Below, piece after piece: positions 28,904 to 39,575 of a DNA stretch of 64,000 nt. Source of the stretch: Alphaproteobacteria bacterium (GTDB taxonomy: Bacteria > Pseudomonadota > Alphaproteobacteria > UBA828); NCBI GenBank assembly GCA_965214705.1, contig CBDCCI010000002.1:2528001-2592000 (forward strand), in the 5' to 3' direction. The position numbers were made by a program, and so were the translations under genes. Position 1 is the first letter of the stretch; the number at the start of each line of letters is the position of its first letter. Under the pieces are notes generated by a model, which was not told the origin of the DNA, did no database searches, and worked only from the letters and a program-made list of their open reading frames with translations.

Positions 28904-30967
28904 TCACGCCGCCCGCGGGCGGATCAGGAAGTTTCCGATCGCGTCGATTTCACCGTCGTGCTCGGGCAGCAGCACGGTGGTGGAGTCGAGCTGAATCACG
29001 ATGGCCGGCCCCTCGATGACATTGCCGGCGAGGAGTCTGGCGCGGTCGTAGACCGGCACCTCGCGATGGGCGCCGTCCACGTAAACGGTCTGACTTCCGG
29101 CCTGCGCGGCGGAGGCATCGCGCGTTCCGGCCGCCAGGCGCGGCGCACTGAGCGGTGTCTCCTTGCCCTGCACGATGGCGCGCAGGTTGATGATCTCCCG
29201 ATCCATGTCGAGCGCGAAGGTGTAGAGACGTTCGTGCAGCTCGTCGAATGCCGCTTCGATGCAGCCGAGTCCGCTGCGCCGAAGCTCCTCCATCTCCACG
29301 GTCACCGTCAGGTGAAGCACCTGCCCGGCATAACGCACGTCGATCTCGAAGTGTGCCGATTGCTCGGCGCGGGGGATGCCCTCGGCATCGAGCGATTTCG
29401 CGGCCTGTTCCGCAAGCTCCTCCAGGATCGCCAGGACGTTCGCCTGGGTGGTCTCGGAGAACCGTCGCATGAGGCTGCGCGACGCTTCGTCCCTGGTTCG
29501 CGTCGTCGCGTCGCCGTAGGCGCAGAGCACGCCGGGGCTCGGTGGCACGATCACCGGCCAGCACCCGAGGATTCGCGCCAGCGCGTTGGCGTGCATCGGG
29601 CCGGCCCCGCCGAAGGCCACCAGCGCAAAGTCGCGGGGGTCGAACCCCTGCTGCACGGATACGAGGCGCAGCGCGCCGATCATGGTCTCGTTGACGATGT
29701 TGTAGATGCCCGCGGCGGCCCGCTCCGTCGAAAAGCCGAGTGCGCGCGCGACCTTGCCGACTGCGTCCGCTGACTTCTGCCTGTCGATCGCGAGGTCGCC
29801 GCCGAGCAACGAAGCTTCGGGCAAGTGGCCGAGCACGACATTCGCGTCCGTCACGGTGGGCTCCGTGCCGCCCTTGCCGTAGCCGGCCGGACCGGGATCG
29901 GCGCCGGCGCTTGCAGGCCCCACGCGAAGCGCTTTGGTCAGCTCGGGCACGTGGGCGATGGAGCCACCGCCCGCGCCAACGGAGCGCACGTCGACCGACG
30001 ATGCGCGCACGGTGAGGTCGCCGACCGTCGTCTCGCGCCGGATTTGCGCGACTCCGTCCCTGACCAGGCAGACATCCGTCGAGGTGCCCCCCATGTCGAG
30101 GGTGAGAAGGTTATGGAATCCGGCCTGCCGCGCGATCCAGAGCGCGCCGGTGACGCCGCCGGCGGGGCCACTCATCAGCAGGTTGACGGGCACCGTCTCG
30201 GCGCCCACGGGGGAGGTCAAACCTCCGTCCGAGCGCAAGATGTGCAGAGTCACGTCGCCCGATATGGTGCCGAGCTCCCGGCTCAGGTTGCGCACGTACC
30301 GGGAGACGATCGGGCGGACATAGGAATTGCAGACGGTCGTGATCGTGCGCTCGTACTCCTGCATCTCGGGGATCACCTGGGAGGAGAGCGAAATCGGAAT
30401 GTCGGGCAGCTCCTCCGTCGCGATGCGGCCGGCGATCTTCTCATGCGAGTCGTTGGTGTAGGAATTGATCAGCGAAATCGTGAGCGCGTCGATTCCCTTT
30501 TGCTTGAGCGATCGCAGCGATTCGCGCAGCTCATCCTCGTCCAGTGTCTCGACAATCTCGCCCCTGGCGTCGATCCGCTCGTGTACCTCCACGGTCAGCG
30601 CCAGGGGCGCGAGAGGCGGCGTCTTGTTGAAGATGACCCAGGCGCCGAGGCCGCCCGGAACGAAGGAGCGGGCGATTTGCAGGACATGCCGATAGCCCTT
30701 CGTCGTGACCAGGCCGACGCGTGCGCCCTTGCCGGTGAGGATCGCGTTGGTCGCAACCGTGGTCCCGTGCATTACGTTTTGAATTGCGCCGGGCCGGATG
30801 TCGGCCAGTTCGCAAACGCGCGCGATGCCGTTGAGCACGCCGATCGATGAGTCTGCGGGAGTGGACGGGACCTTGGCGACGTGAAAGCTGCTGTCTTCTT
30901 CGTCGATCAGAAGCACGTCCGTGAAGGTGCCTCCCACGTCGACTCCTAGCCGATACGCCATCGACAC
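28904..30967 (-). CDS. hyuA: hydantoinase A / 5-oxoprolinase-type ATP-binding subunit (N-methylhydantoinase A)
   Basis: DVGGTFTD, HGTTVATN, SGPAGG, DMGGTSTD, GAGGGSIA. Confidence 0.94.
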   Translation of the reverse strand: MSMAYRLGVDVGGTFTDVLLIDEEDSSFHVAKVPSTPADSSIGVLNGIARVCELADIRPGAIQNVMHGTTVATNAILTGKGARVGLVTTKGYRHVLQIARSFVPGGLGAWVIFNKTPPLAPLALTVEVHERIDARGEIVETLDEDELRESLRSLKQKGIDALTISLINSYTNDSHEKIAGRIATEELPDIPISLSSQVIPEMQEYERTITTVCNSYVRPIVSRYVRNLSRELGTISGDVTLHILRSDGGLTSPVGAETVPVNLLMSGPAGGVTGALWIARQAGFHNLLTLDMGGTSTDVCLVRDGVAQIRRETTVGDLTVRASSVDVRSVGAGGGSIAHVPELTKALRVGPASAGADPGPAGYGKGGTEPTVTDANVVLGHLPEASLLGGDLAIDRQKSADAVGKVARALGFSTERAAAGIYNIVNETMIGALRLVSVQQGFDPRDFALVAFGGAGPMHANALARILGCWPVIVPPSPGVLCAYGDATTRTRDEASRSLMRRFSETTQANVLAILEELAEQAAKSLDAEGIPRAEQSAHFEIDVRYAGQVLHLTVTVEMEELRRSGLGCIEAAFDELHERLYTFALDMDREIINLRAIVQGKETPLSAPRLAAGTRDASAAQAGSQTVYVDGAHREVPVYDRARLLAGNVIEGPAIVIQLDSTTVLLPEHDGEIDAIGNFLIRPRAA

Positions 30968-31027
30968 ATAACCTCGGTCGGTAACGCTCAGTTCCCACTC
31001 GGCCCGCCGAACTCGCTCGCCGCGCCG

Positions 31028-31714
31028 CTACCGGTTGGCGAAGGGTTCCAGATCGTCCAGGTAGGCTAGCACCCGATCGAGCGGTTCAACGTCGCAATAC
31101 TTCATGTCGATGTCGAACAGGTTCCACTCGACCGCCGCAGGCACGCGGTCGCCGACGCATTCGCGCACCACGACGGTGCGGAACCCCTCGCCCAGCGCGT
31201 CTTCCACCGTATGCCTGACGCAGCCGGCCATGGTGACGCCGGTGCAGATCAACGTGTCGATGCCGCCGGCACGCAGGATGCCGCCGAGATGGGTGCCGGC
31301 GAAGGCGCTCGGTCTCTTCTTCACGATCACCGTGTCGACGCCCGTCTCCGGCGGGATGCGGTCGTCGATCTCGCACGCAGGCGTGCCCAGCATAAGGTCC
31401 TCGAATGGCGTCTTGAGCGGGAAGGCGCCCATGTCGAAGCGGCTGCAGAAGGCGGTGGTGGTGTAAATGATCGGCACCTGCTTGGCCCGCGCGGCTTCGA
31501 GCAAGCGCTGCACGCCGGGGATGATCTGCTGGTCCATGTCATCGCAGGAGAAGCGATAGCCGGGGCGAGTCCAGGCGTTGGCGAGGTCGATGTTCAGGAG
31601 CGCAGGCCTCGTGCCGAAGCCCGAGCGCTGGTTCCAACCGCGCTTCTGGTAGAGCCCGGCGTCGCCGGAGAAGATGGTGTCGAGCGCTTTGCGAACGTCG
31701 TCATCCAGCGGCAT
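31028..31714 (-). CDS. N-carbamoylsarcosine amidase (isochorismatase family)
   Basis: IDLANAWT.PG..FSC and AGCVRHTVEDA...GDRVP..V.WNL.DID.K match, from memory, Arthrobacter N-carbamoylsarcosine amidohydrolase; D-K-C triad present. Confidence 0.85.
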   Translation of the reverse strand: MPLDDDVRKALDTIFSGDAGLYQKRGWNQRSGFGTRPALLNIDLANAWTRPGYRFSCDDMDQQIIPGVQRLLEAARAKQVPIIYTTTAFCSRFDMGAFPLKTPFEDLMLGTPACEIDDRIPPETGVDTVIVKKRPSAFAGTHLGGILRAGGIDTLICTGVTMAGCVRHTVEDALGEGFRTVVVRECVGDRVPAAVEWNLFDIDMKYCDVEPLDRVLAYLDDLEPFANR

Positions 31715-32100
31715 CGCTGTCTCCCTCCGTTGCCTGCTCATGGTATGCCACGGTGGGGTAAGCCCGCATTTCTCACCACGGTCATGGTCTGCGCGGCGCT
31801 CTCCGGCCCACAGGGTAGGAAAGCTGCGTAGCGCGATGTGGGGCATCGGGCAAGCAGCTTGACGCACACTGTGGGCCGGAGAGCGCCGCCCTTCGGGTCG
31901 CGCCCAGGCGCCCGACCGCAGCGTCGCGGGCCTCAACCGTATTCCCTGATACGCTTTTCGGCCCGCTCCTGGCGGATCGAACACCTGGGCGCGACGCAGG
32001 CCGTGACCCTGGTGGGAAATGCGGGCTAGGGACGACGGGTTTGATTCGGCGCCGGCCGCTCTCTAGCCTAGCCGGCGAGGTCGAACGGGAGGCACGCGCC

Positions 32101-33861
32101 ATGGCGAACGTCGACCCCATCACCGTGCAGGTGATCGGCGGCGCCCTGCATACGATCGCGAAGGAGATGGGGCACATGCTTTACCGCATGTCCTACTCCA
32201 CGATCATCCGAGAATCGGAAGATCTCGGCGCCGGGCTCTTCGACCGCAACTTCAACACGCTCTGCGAATCGGATTCGACGCCGATGCATATCGGCTCGAT
32301 CCCCGGCTATCTGCGGGGCGCCGAGCGCACCATGCACGGCACGTGGCGGCCCGGCGATGTCGTGCTGCACAACCATCCCTATCGCGGCGCGAGCCATGTG
32401 CCGGACATCTGCTGCATCGCACCGGTGTTTTACGAGGACGAGCTGGTCGGCTTCTCGGCCAACACGGCGCATCATGTCGACCTCGGCGCCGCGACCCCGG
32501 GCATCGTCATCGACATCCCGGACGTGTTCGCCGAGGGCATGCTCTTCTCGGGCGTGAAGCTCTACGAGGAGGACAGGCTGAACCGCGCGCTCTGGCAGCA
32601 CATCGAGACCAACACGCGCGTGCCGCGTGACGTGCTGGGCGATATCGAGGCGCAGGTCGCCTCCGCCCAGCTGGGAGTCCGCCGCTTCCAGGAGCTCTAC
32701 GAAACCTACGGAAAGGCGACGCTTGAAGCTGCCACGGCCGAGCTGATGGACTATTCGGAGCGGATGCTGCGCCGGCGCATCCGGGAGATTCCCGACGGGG
32801 ACTATGTCGCCGAAGGCTTTCTGGACGACGACGGCGTCAACCGGGAGGTACGCCTGCCGGTCAAGGTCACCGTGCGGATCAGGGACGATTCGGCGGTGGT
32901 CGACACGACCGGCTCCGCGGCCCAGGTGGCGACCGCCTACAACGTCCCCTTCGAGGGTTCGACCAAGGTGACGTGCTATTTCGCGTTCCGCGCGCTCCTG
33001 CTCGATACGAGCACCACCACCGAATACATTCCCCAGAACCAGGGCTCCTTCCGCCCGATCGAGGTGGTCTCGCCCGAAGGCTCGATCTTCAACCCGAAGT
33101 TTCCGGCCGCCTGCCAATCGCGCTTCGCCCAGTGCCAGCGCCTGGTCGATCTCATCAGCAAGGCGCTCGCGCCGGCGATCCCGGACAAGGTGACGGCCGG
33201 CTGCGGCGCGACCCTCTCGGCCTTCGCCTATTCCGGCGTGCGGCCCAGCGGCGACTATTGGATACTGGTCGAGATCAATGAGTCCGCCTATGGCGGGCGT
33301 CCGGCGTCCGACGGTCCGGATTCGATCGACGAGTTGATGCGCAACACCCGCAACAACCCGATCGAGGATCTCGGCATGCACCTGCCTCTGATCTGCGACC
33401 GCTACGAGCTTCGAGACGATGTGGCGCCGGGCGCCGGGCGCCATCGCGGCGGGCTCGGCATCGTCAAGGTGCAGCGCTTCCTCACGCCGGGCTACGTCGT
33501 CCACGAGGCGGACCGGCACGAGGATGTGCCCTGGGGCTTCCGGGGCGGTGCGCCCGGCACCGTCGGCAGGCTCGAGAAATGGAACGCCGCGGCGCCGGAC
33601 GAGGTGGAGAGCTGGCCGGCCAAGGTGCCGGCGACGCCGACCGAGGCCGGCGACTGCATCGCCGTCTACACGCCGGGCGGCGGCGGCTACGGCGACCCGC
33701 TCGATCGCTCGGCCGCGCTGGTGTGCGACGACGTAGCCGACGGCTTCTACACGGCTGCCGAGGCGCGCGAGAGCTACGGCGTGGTCCTGGACGACTCGCT
33801 GACCGTCGACGAGGCAGCGACCGTGGCGCTCCGCGCCACGCTTCGCCGCGCGAAGGCTTGA
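32101..33861 (+). CDS. second hydantoinase B/oxoprolinase family subunit
   Basis: STIIRESED, NHPYRGASH.PD, HHVDLG, GGGGYGDP. Confidence 0.92.
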   Translation: MANVDPITVQVIGGALHTIAKEMGHMLYRMSYSTIIRESEDLGAGLFDRNFNTLCESDSTPMHIGSIPGYLRGAERTMHGTWRPGDVVLHNHPYRGASHVPDICCIAPVFYEDELVGFSANTAHHVDLGAATPGIVIDIPDVFAEGMLFSGVKLYEEDRLNRALWQHIETNTRVPRDVLGDIEAQVASAQLGVRRFQELYETYGKATLEAATAELMDYSERMLRRRIREIPDGDYVAEGFLDDDGVNREVRLPVKVTVRIRDDSAVVDTTGSAAQVATAYNVPFEGSTKVTCYFAFRALLLDTSTTTEYIPQNQGSFRPIEVVSPEGSIFNPKFPAACQSRFAQCQRLVDLISKALAPAIPDKVTAGCGATLSAFAYSGVRPSGDYWILVEINESAYGGRPASDGPDSIDELMRNTRNNPIEDLGMHLPLICDRYELRDDVAPGAGRHRGGLGIVKVQRFLTPGYVVHEADRHEDVPWGFRGGAPGTVGRLEKWNAAAPDEVESWPAKVPATPTEAGDCIAVYTPGGGGYGDPLDRSAALVCDDVADGFYTAAEARESYGVVLDDSLTVDEAATVALRATLRRAKA

Positions 33862-34080
33862 GCGCGGTTGCGGCCGGCGCCTTCGGAGCGCGTGCGCGTC
33901 TTGCTTGGCGCGCGCCTCTGGGGAATACTTTCGTCAGTCGCGGTCGGGATCGCGCGTGGCGGTGCGAAGATGCCGCCGGAAAACAAGCGAAGCCGGCCGC
34001 GGGGAGGCGAGAGCGCGGCCGCGGGCCGTAGCGACCCGCAGGCGTCAGCGCCGCAGCACTAGCTGGCGGGAGACGACGCG

Positions 34081-35373
34081 ATGAAAAAATCACGTTCGAC
34101 GAAGCTTCTTCCATCCATTACCCGGCGTTCGGCCTTGAAGGGCGGCGCCGCGGCCGTTGCTGCAACGGCGCTTGGTGGTTTCCCCACCATCTGGGCGCAG
34201 GACATCGAGGACATCGAGATCCACATGCTGGGCTCCGCAGTGTCCCACATCAAGGAACTGGAGCTGATGGCCGAAGAGGCGCTCGGCTTCCAGATCCTGC
34301 AGACGGTGGTCGATTTCGCCACCCTGGGCCAGCGCGCGGCCACCCAGCCGCGCTCCTTCGACACGGTCGAGCCGGCTTATCAGCAGATCAACGCCATCTG
34401 GCCGACCGGGAACTTCCAGGCGGTCGACACCACCAAGCTCGCCTATTGGGATCAGGCGATCGGCCTCTACAAGAAGGAGGGCAAGATCTGGCCCGATGCC
34501 TGGTACGGGCAGGGGCAGCACCCGACCCAGGTGCAGTACACCTCCGCCATCGACAGCCGCGATTTCGTCGAGCCGGAGACCCAGTGGCTCACCATGATTC
34601 CGACCAACCACAATGCCGATACCCTCGGCATCCGGCCCGACCTGATTGGCCGGCCGATCACGTCATGGGCGGAATTCATCAACCCCGAGTTCGAGGGCCG
34701 GGCGGCGCTCCAGAACTTTCCGCAGATCGGACTCATGGACCTCGCCATGGCGATCGAGGCCCAGGGCATGATGACCTACGGCAACAAGGGCAACATGACC
34801 CGTGACGAGATCGATACGACCATCGATTTCCTGATCGAGCTCAAGCAGAAGGGCCACTTCCGCGCGTTCTGGGGGACCTTCAGCGAGTCGGTAAACCTGA
34901 TGCTCTCCGGTGAGGTCGTGATCCAGTCGATGTGGTCGCCGGCGGTGACGGCGGTCCGCTCCCAGGGCGTGCCCTGCATCTACAGCGACCTGGACGAGGG
35001 CTACCGCTCCTGGGGTATCGGCTTCCTGTTGTCGAAGTTCGTCGAAGGCAAGAAGCTGGGCGCAGTCTACGACTTCTTCGATTGGTACTACTCGGGACCC
35101 GCCGGCGCCTTCTTCGCGCGCCAGGGCTACTACATGCCCACACCCGAGCAGACCAGGCAGCACCTGCCGGCCGACGAATGGGATTTCTGGTTCGAAGGCA
35201 AGCCTGCCGTGAACGAGATCAAAGATCCCTTCGGCAACGTGATGGAGAAGCCGGGCGCCGTTCGCGACGGCGGCTCCTGGAAGAACCGCATGGGCCGGGT
35301 CGCCATCTGGAACTCGACGATGGCGGAGAATGCCTACGTCATCCAGCGCTGGAACGAGTTCCTGACGGCCTAG
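34081..35373 (+). CDS. ABC transporter substrate-binding protein (PotD/PotF-like), Tat-exported
   Basis: TRRSALK twin-Arg signal, SMWSPAV, EGYRSW. Confidence 0.88.
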   Translation: MKKSRSTKLLPSITRRSALKGGAAAVAATALGGFPTIWAQDIEDIEIHMLGSAVSHIKELELMAEEALGFQILQTVVDFATLGQRAATQPRSFDTVEPAYQQINAIWPTGNFQAVDTTKLAYWDQAIGLYKKEGKIWPDAWYGQGQHPTQVQYTSAIDSRDFVEPETQWLTMIPTNHNADTLGIRPDLIGRPITSWAEFINPEFEGRAALQNFPQIGLMDLAMAIEAQGMMTYGNKGNMTRDEIDTTIDFLIELKQKGHFRAFWGTFSESVNLMLSGEVVIQSMWSPAVTAVRSQGVPCIYSDLDEGYRSWGIGFLLSKFVEGKKLGAVYDFFDWYYSGPAGAFFARQGYYMPTPEQTRQHLPADEWDFWFEGKPAVNEIKDPFGNVMEKPGAVRDGGSWKNRMGRVAIWNSTMAENAYVIQRWNEFLTA

Positions 35374-35540
35374 CGGTGCGCGATTCGGTCGCGACCGTGA
35401 GTACGTTTGATGACCTTGCCGCCCTCGCGATGCCGGCTCTTCGGCGCGTGGCGGGGGCGGCAGCGGGGGTGTCCGGGCGGAGCGGCGCGCAAGCGCGTGC
35501 TCCGTCCGGCTCCGCCGCCTGAGGCGGGTCCGCTCACGCG

Positions 35541-36419
35541 ATGAACGGTGCCGTTGCCGCGCTGACCCCTTACCTCAAGCGCTACAGCTCGGCGCTGCAG
35601 GTCACGCCGCTCAGCGTAGTGCTGCTTCTGTTCCTGGTCGGCCCGGTCATCGTCATCCTGATTTTCAGCTTCTACATTTTCAACGGGTTCTTCATGGAAC
35701 CCGGATTCGTTACCGACAACTACGAAGGCATTTTCACATCGTTCAATACGTTAGAAGCGTATTTGGCCACGTTCAAGATAGCGGCCATAACCTGGGCTGT
35801 TACTTTAGTATTCGGATTTATACTTAGCTACTACTTCGTCTTCGATATTATCGCGTTCCGCTGGAAGATTTTTCTCTTCCTGCTGAGCGTGGTGCCGTTC
35901 TGGACCTCCGGCGTGGTCCGCATGATCTCGTGGATCCCCTTCCTCGGTAAGGAAGGGCTGCTCAACCGTGCGTTGCAGGGCATCGGGGTGATCGACGATC
36001 CGCTCGAGTTCCTGCTGTTCTCCGAGTTCGCGGTGATTGTCTCCTACGTGCACATGTACACGCTGTTCATGGTGGCGCCGCTCTTCAACGTGATGGCGAA
36101 AATCGACCGCTCCTTGATCGAGGCAGCGCGCGATTCCGGCGCCTCCGCCATTCAAATCTTCTTCAACATCATCGTTCCGCTCTGCAAGCCGGGAATCGCG
36201 ATCGGCACGATCTTCGTGGTCGCGCTGGTGATGGGCGATTTCGTCTCGATCCGGGTGTTGAGCGGCGGCCAGGCCGGCACGGTGCTCATGTCCATGCGCA
36301 ATCAGGTGGACGTGCTGCAATATCCCTTCGCCTGCGCCAGCGCCGTGCTGCTGCTGATCGTGCTGTTGATGATCGTTGGCGGGATCATGAGCGTGGTCGA
36401 CGTGAGGAAGCAGCTATGA
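35541..36419 (+). CDS. ABC permease (PotB-like)
   Basis: PFWTS..VR, EAARDSGA loop, multiple TM segments. Confidence 0.92.
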   Translation: MNGAVAALTPYLKRYSSALQVTPLSVVLLLFLVGPVIVILIFSFYIFNGFFMEPGFVTDNYEGIFTSFNTLEAYLATFKIAAITWAVTLVFGFILSYYFVFDIIAFRWKIFLFLLSVVPFWTSGVVRMISWIPFLGKEGLLNRALQGIGVIDDPLEFLLFSEFAVIVSYVHMYTLFMVAPLFNVMAKIDRSLIEAARDSGASAIQIFFNIIVPLCKPGIAIGTIFVVALVMGDFVSIRVLSGGQAGTVLMSMRNQVDVLQYPFACASAVLLLIVLLMIVGGIMSVVDVRKQL

Positions 36420-37291
36420 AGAGTGGCGAGAAGATCCGCCGTGCGCCGGGCTTCATTCCGCGCACGATCTTCTTTTGGCTGTTCATGCTGTTCCTCTACG
36501 GCCCGATTGCGGTGATCGCCATTCTCTCCTTCCAGGGGCCGCAGGGCGGGCTTACCTTCCCGATGACCGGATTCTCGCTCCATTGGTTCAAGGACGTCAT
36601 CGACCCCACCTATATCGGCGATTTCCGCTGGCCGTTCGGCCGCTCGGTAATTCTGGCGCTGATCGTGATGGCGCTGACGGTCCTCGTGTCGTTCCTTGCC
36701 GGCCTCGCCTATCGCAAAGGGTTCGTGGGCGGCACGGTGCTCTTCTATCTCGTGATCACCTGCCTGGTGGCGCCCTCCTTCCTGGTGAGCCTCGGCATCG
36801 GCCTCGGTTTCGCCAACCTGGAGATGCAGACGCAGTGGTGGTCCGGCGGGCTCGGCGCCCATCTGAGCTGGACCATCCCGATCGGGGTGCTGATCATGCT
36901 GGCGGTGTTCGCCCGCTTCGACCGCTCGCTGGAGGAGGCGGCACGCGACCTCGGCGCGACCGAGTGGCAGAACCTGCGCAACGTCGTCATTCCCATCATG
37001 GCGCCGGGCATGATCGCCGTCGGCCTCTTCGGCTTCACCCTCTCCTACGACGAATTCCCGCGCACCTCGCTGGTGACCGGGACCGCGAACACGCTGCCGG
37101 TCGAGATGGTCGCGGTCACCGGAACCGCAGCGACGCCCTCGCTCTACGCGGTCGGCACCATGACCACGGTGTTCTCGCTCGCCGTCATCGTCATCAGCTT
37201 CGTTGCGATCTACTTCGTGCAGGCGCGGCGCGCGGGCCGCGCCCGATCGGTGCAAGCGCGCTACGGGAAGAAACCCGACGAGTCAGACTGA
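36416..37291 (+). CDS. ABC permease (PotC-like)
   Basis: FLYGP, EEAARDLGA, FTLSYDEF. Confidence 0.92.
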   Translation: MKSGEKIRRAPGFIPRTIFFWLFMLFLYGPIAVIAILSFQGPQGGLTFPMTGFSLHWFKDVIDPTYIGDFRWPFGRSVILALIVMALTVLVSFLAGLAYRKGFVGGTVLFYLVITCLVAPSFLVSLGIGLGFANLEMQTQWWSGGLGAHLSWTIPIGVLIMLAVFARFDRSLEEAARDLGATEWQNLRNVVIPIMAPGMIAVGLFGFTLSYDEFPRTSLVTGTANTLPVEMVAVTGTAATPSLYAVGTMTTVFSLAVIVISFVAIYFVQARRAGRARSVQARYGKKPDESD

Positions 37292-37522
37292 GCCCAGGCT
37301 CGCGAGATTTCACGGTCGCCCCGCTCGGCGCCAGACCGAAAAGCCCGAACAGTTCCGATAGGAGACTTTCAAAGGCAAAGTCGTGCTCGGCGAGAGGGAC
37401 AGGGAGAGGCGGGTAGGGCGGTGGCCGGCAACGCTGATGCCCGACGCGCGCTGCGATAGCACGGGCCGGCGTATCGGAGTATCACTGCCGGCGCGGGGGT
37501 TGCAGGCGGCGGAGTGAGGATC

Positions 37523-37957
37523 ATGAAGCGCGTCCACATCAACATCACGGTCACCGACCTCGACTGCTCGGTCGGGTTCTACACGACCCTCTTCGGCACC
37601 GGGCCGACTGTGCTGAAGCAGGACTACGCCAAGTGGATGCTGGAGGATCCCCGCCTCAACCTCTCGATCTCGACGCGCTGCGGCAACCCCGGCGTCGACC
37701 ATCTCGGCATCCAGACGGAGAGTGCTGACGAGCTGGACACGCTTGCCGGGCGGCTCAAGGCGGCGGGCGAGCGCCACGTCGATCAGGCGGACGCGAACTG
37801 CTGCTACGCGCGCGGTGACAAGACCTGGGTGTTCGATCCCGAAGGCGTGGCGTGGGAGACTTTCCACACCACCGGCGCCATCACGCACTACGGCGAGGAC
37901 CTGGGGCCCGAGACCGGCGCGGCGGACGAGCCGGCCCAGGACGAGCAGGCCGCGTAA
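37523..37957 (+). CDS. ArsI/CadI family glyoxalase-fold metalloenzyme
   Basis: DYAKWMLEDPRLN, DHLGIQ, CCYA, WVFDPEGVAWETF. Confidence 0.9.
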   Translation: MKRVHINITVTDLDCSVGFYTTLFGTGPTVLKQDYAKWMLEDPRLNLSISTRCGNPGVDHLGIQTESADELDTLAGRLKAAGERHVDQADANCCYARGDKTWVFDPEGVAWETFHTTGAITHYGEDLGPETGAADEPAQDEQAA

Positions 37958-38011
37958 ACGGCAGCTCCCCTACCCCGAGCCTCGACGCACACATCGTTCA
38001 GGGAGTCTTCC

Positions 38012-39415
38012 ATGTCGTCATCCAATCCGGCGTTCCTCACCGCGACCGAAGCCAGCGAGGCGATCCAGGCCGGGCGGCTCAGTCCGGTGGAGCTCGTGGA
38101 CGCGCTGCTCGACCGGATCGACGCGCACGAGGAACGGCTGCACGCCTTCGCCGCGGTCTACCGCGACGAAGCGCGCGCCGCGGCCGAGGCCGCGCACAAG
38201 GCCATCCGCTCAGGGCACGGCATCGGCCCCTGGCACGGGGTGCCGATCGCGCTGAAGGACATCATCGACATCAAGGGCCGCGTCACCACCATCGGCAGCA
38301 GGCACTGGGCGGATCGCGTTTCACCCACGACCGCGACGCTCGCGCGGCGGCTGATCGAGGCTGGGATGATCGTCATCGGCAAGGCCAATACCGTGGAATT
38401 CGCCATGGGTGGCTGGGGCACCAACCGGCACATGGGGACGCCGCGCAATCCGTGGGATGCCGAGGTGCACCGCGCCCCCGGCGGCTCCAGCAGCGGCTCC
38501 GGCGTCTCGGTCGCCGCGCGTCTCGCGCCCTGGGCCATCGGCACGGACACCGGCGGCTCCGTGCGCATTCCGTCCGCCTGGTGCGGGCTCGCGGGCCTTA
38601 AGGTCACCATCGGCCAGGTCAGCGCCGCCGGCGTGGCGCCGCTCTCACACACCCTCGACACGCCCGGCCCCATGACGCGGACGGTGGAGGACGCGGCGCA
38701 CCTCTACACGGTGCTGCAGGGGCCCGATCCCGCCGATCCGGCGACGCGGCGCCACGTGCCCGACGATGTGTTCCCCACGCTGCGCCGGGGTGTCGCCGGG
38801 CTTCGCCTGGGCGTCATGGCCGAGGCCGAGCGGCACGGCGTGGATGCCGAGGTGCTCGCGGCCTTTGACGCCTCCGTGGAGGTGCTCGAGCAGGCCGGCG
38901 CGCGTTGCGAGACGCTGGCGCTGCCCCGCTCCGCCGCCGAGTACGGCAACAGCGTGGGCAAGCTGATCGGCACGGAGGGCTACTTCCACGTGGGCACACT
39001 GGTGGACGATGAATCACTCCCCATCGACGACGACGTGCGCCCGCGCATCCAGCTCGGCCGCGGCGTCTCCGCCGTCGAATACATGGCGATGATGCGTGCC
39101 CGCGACGAGGACAAACGGGCCGCGCTCGCGGCGATGGAGGGGTTCGACGCCCTGCTCACACCGGGCACGCTGACGCCGGCGCCGGCGGTCTCGGCCATCG
39201 ACCAGACCCAGACGCCCGCCCACTTCACGCGCATGGTCAATTGGCTCGAATTGTGCGCGCTCGTGGTGCCCAACGGCGCCACCGCGAACGGCCTGCCGAC
39301 CTCGCTGCACATCGTCTGCCGCGAACGGGACGAGGCGACGGCGCTCCGCATCGGCCAGGCCTACGAGCAGGCCACCGACTGGCACCTGCGCGTGCCGCCG
39401 GGTCTCGAGGGGTAG
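38012..39415 (+). CDS. amidase signature family enzyme
   Basis: LKD, GGSSSGS, GTDTGGSVRIPS. Confidence 0.95.
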   Translation: MSSSNPAFLTATEASEAIQAGRLSPVELVDALLDRIDAHEERLHAFAAVYRDEARAAAEAAHKAIRSGHGIGPWHGVPIALKDIIDIKGRVTTIGSRHWADRVSPTTATLARRLIEAGMIVIGKANTVEFAMGGWGTNRHMGTPRNPWDAEVHRAPGGSSSGSGVSVAARLAPWAIGTDTGGSVRIPSAWCGLAGLKVTIGQVSAAGVAPLSHTLDTPGPMTRTVEDAAHLYTVLQGPDPADPATRRHVPDDVFPTLRRGVAGLRLGVMAEAERHGVDAEVLAAFDASVEVLEQAGARCETLALPRSAAEYGNSVGKLIGTEGYFHVGTLVDDESLPIDDDVRPRIQLGRGVSAVEYMAMMRARDEDKRAALAAMEGFDALLTPGTLTPAPAVSAIDQTQTPAHFTRMVNWLELCALVVPNGATANGLPTSLHIVCRERDEATALRIGQAYEQATDWHLRVPPGLEG

Positions 39416-39575
39416 CCGACCCTAACCCCGGACCATGGTGCGGTGCACGATGCCTGCCGTCCGCGCCAGACTCGCGCCATGCGAAACGAAGGTGAACAGG
39501 GCACCGCAGTTGCGGCAAGATAGCGCTTACCAGTCAAGTGGCCGCAGCCCGCGCAGGCCGCCGCTCGTCCCGAGG

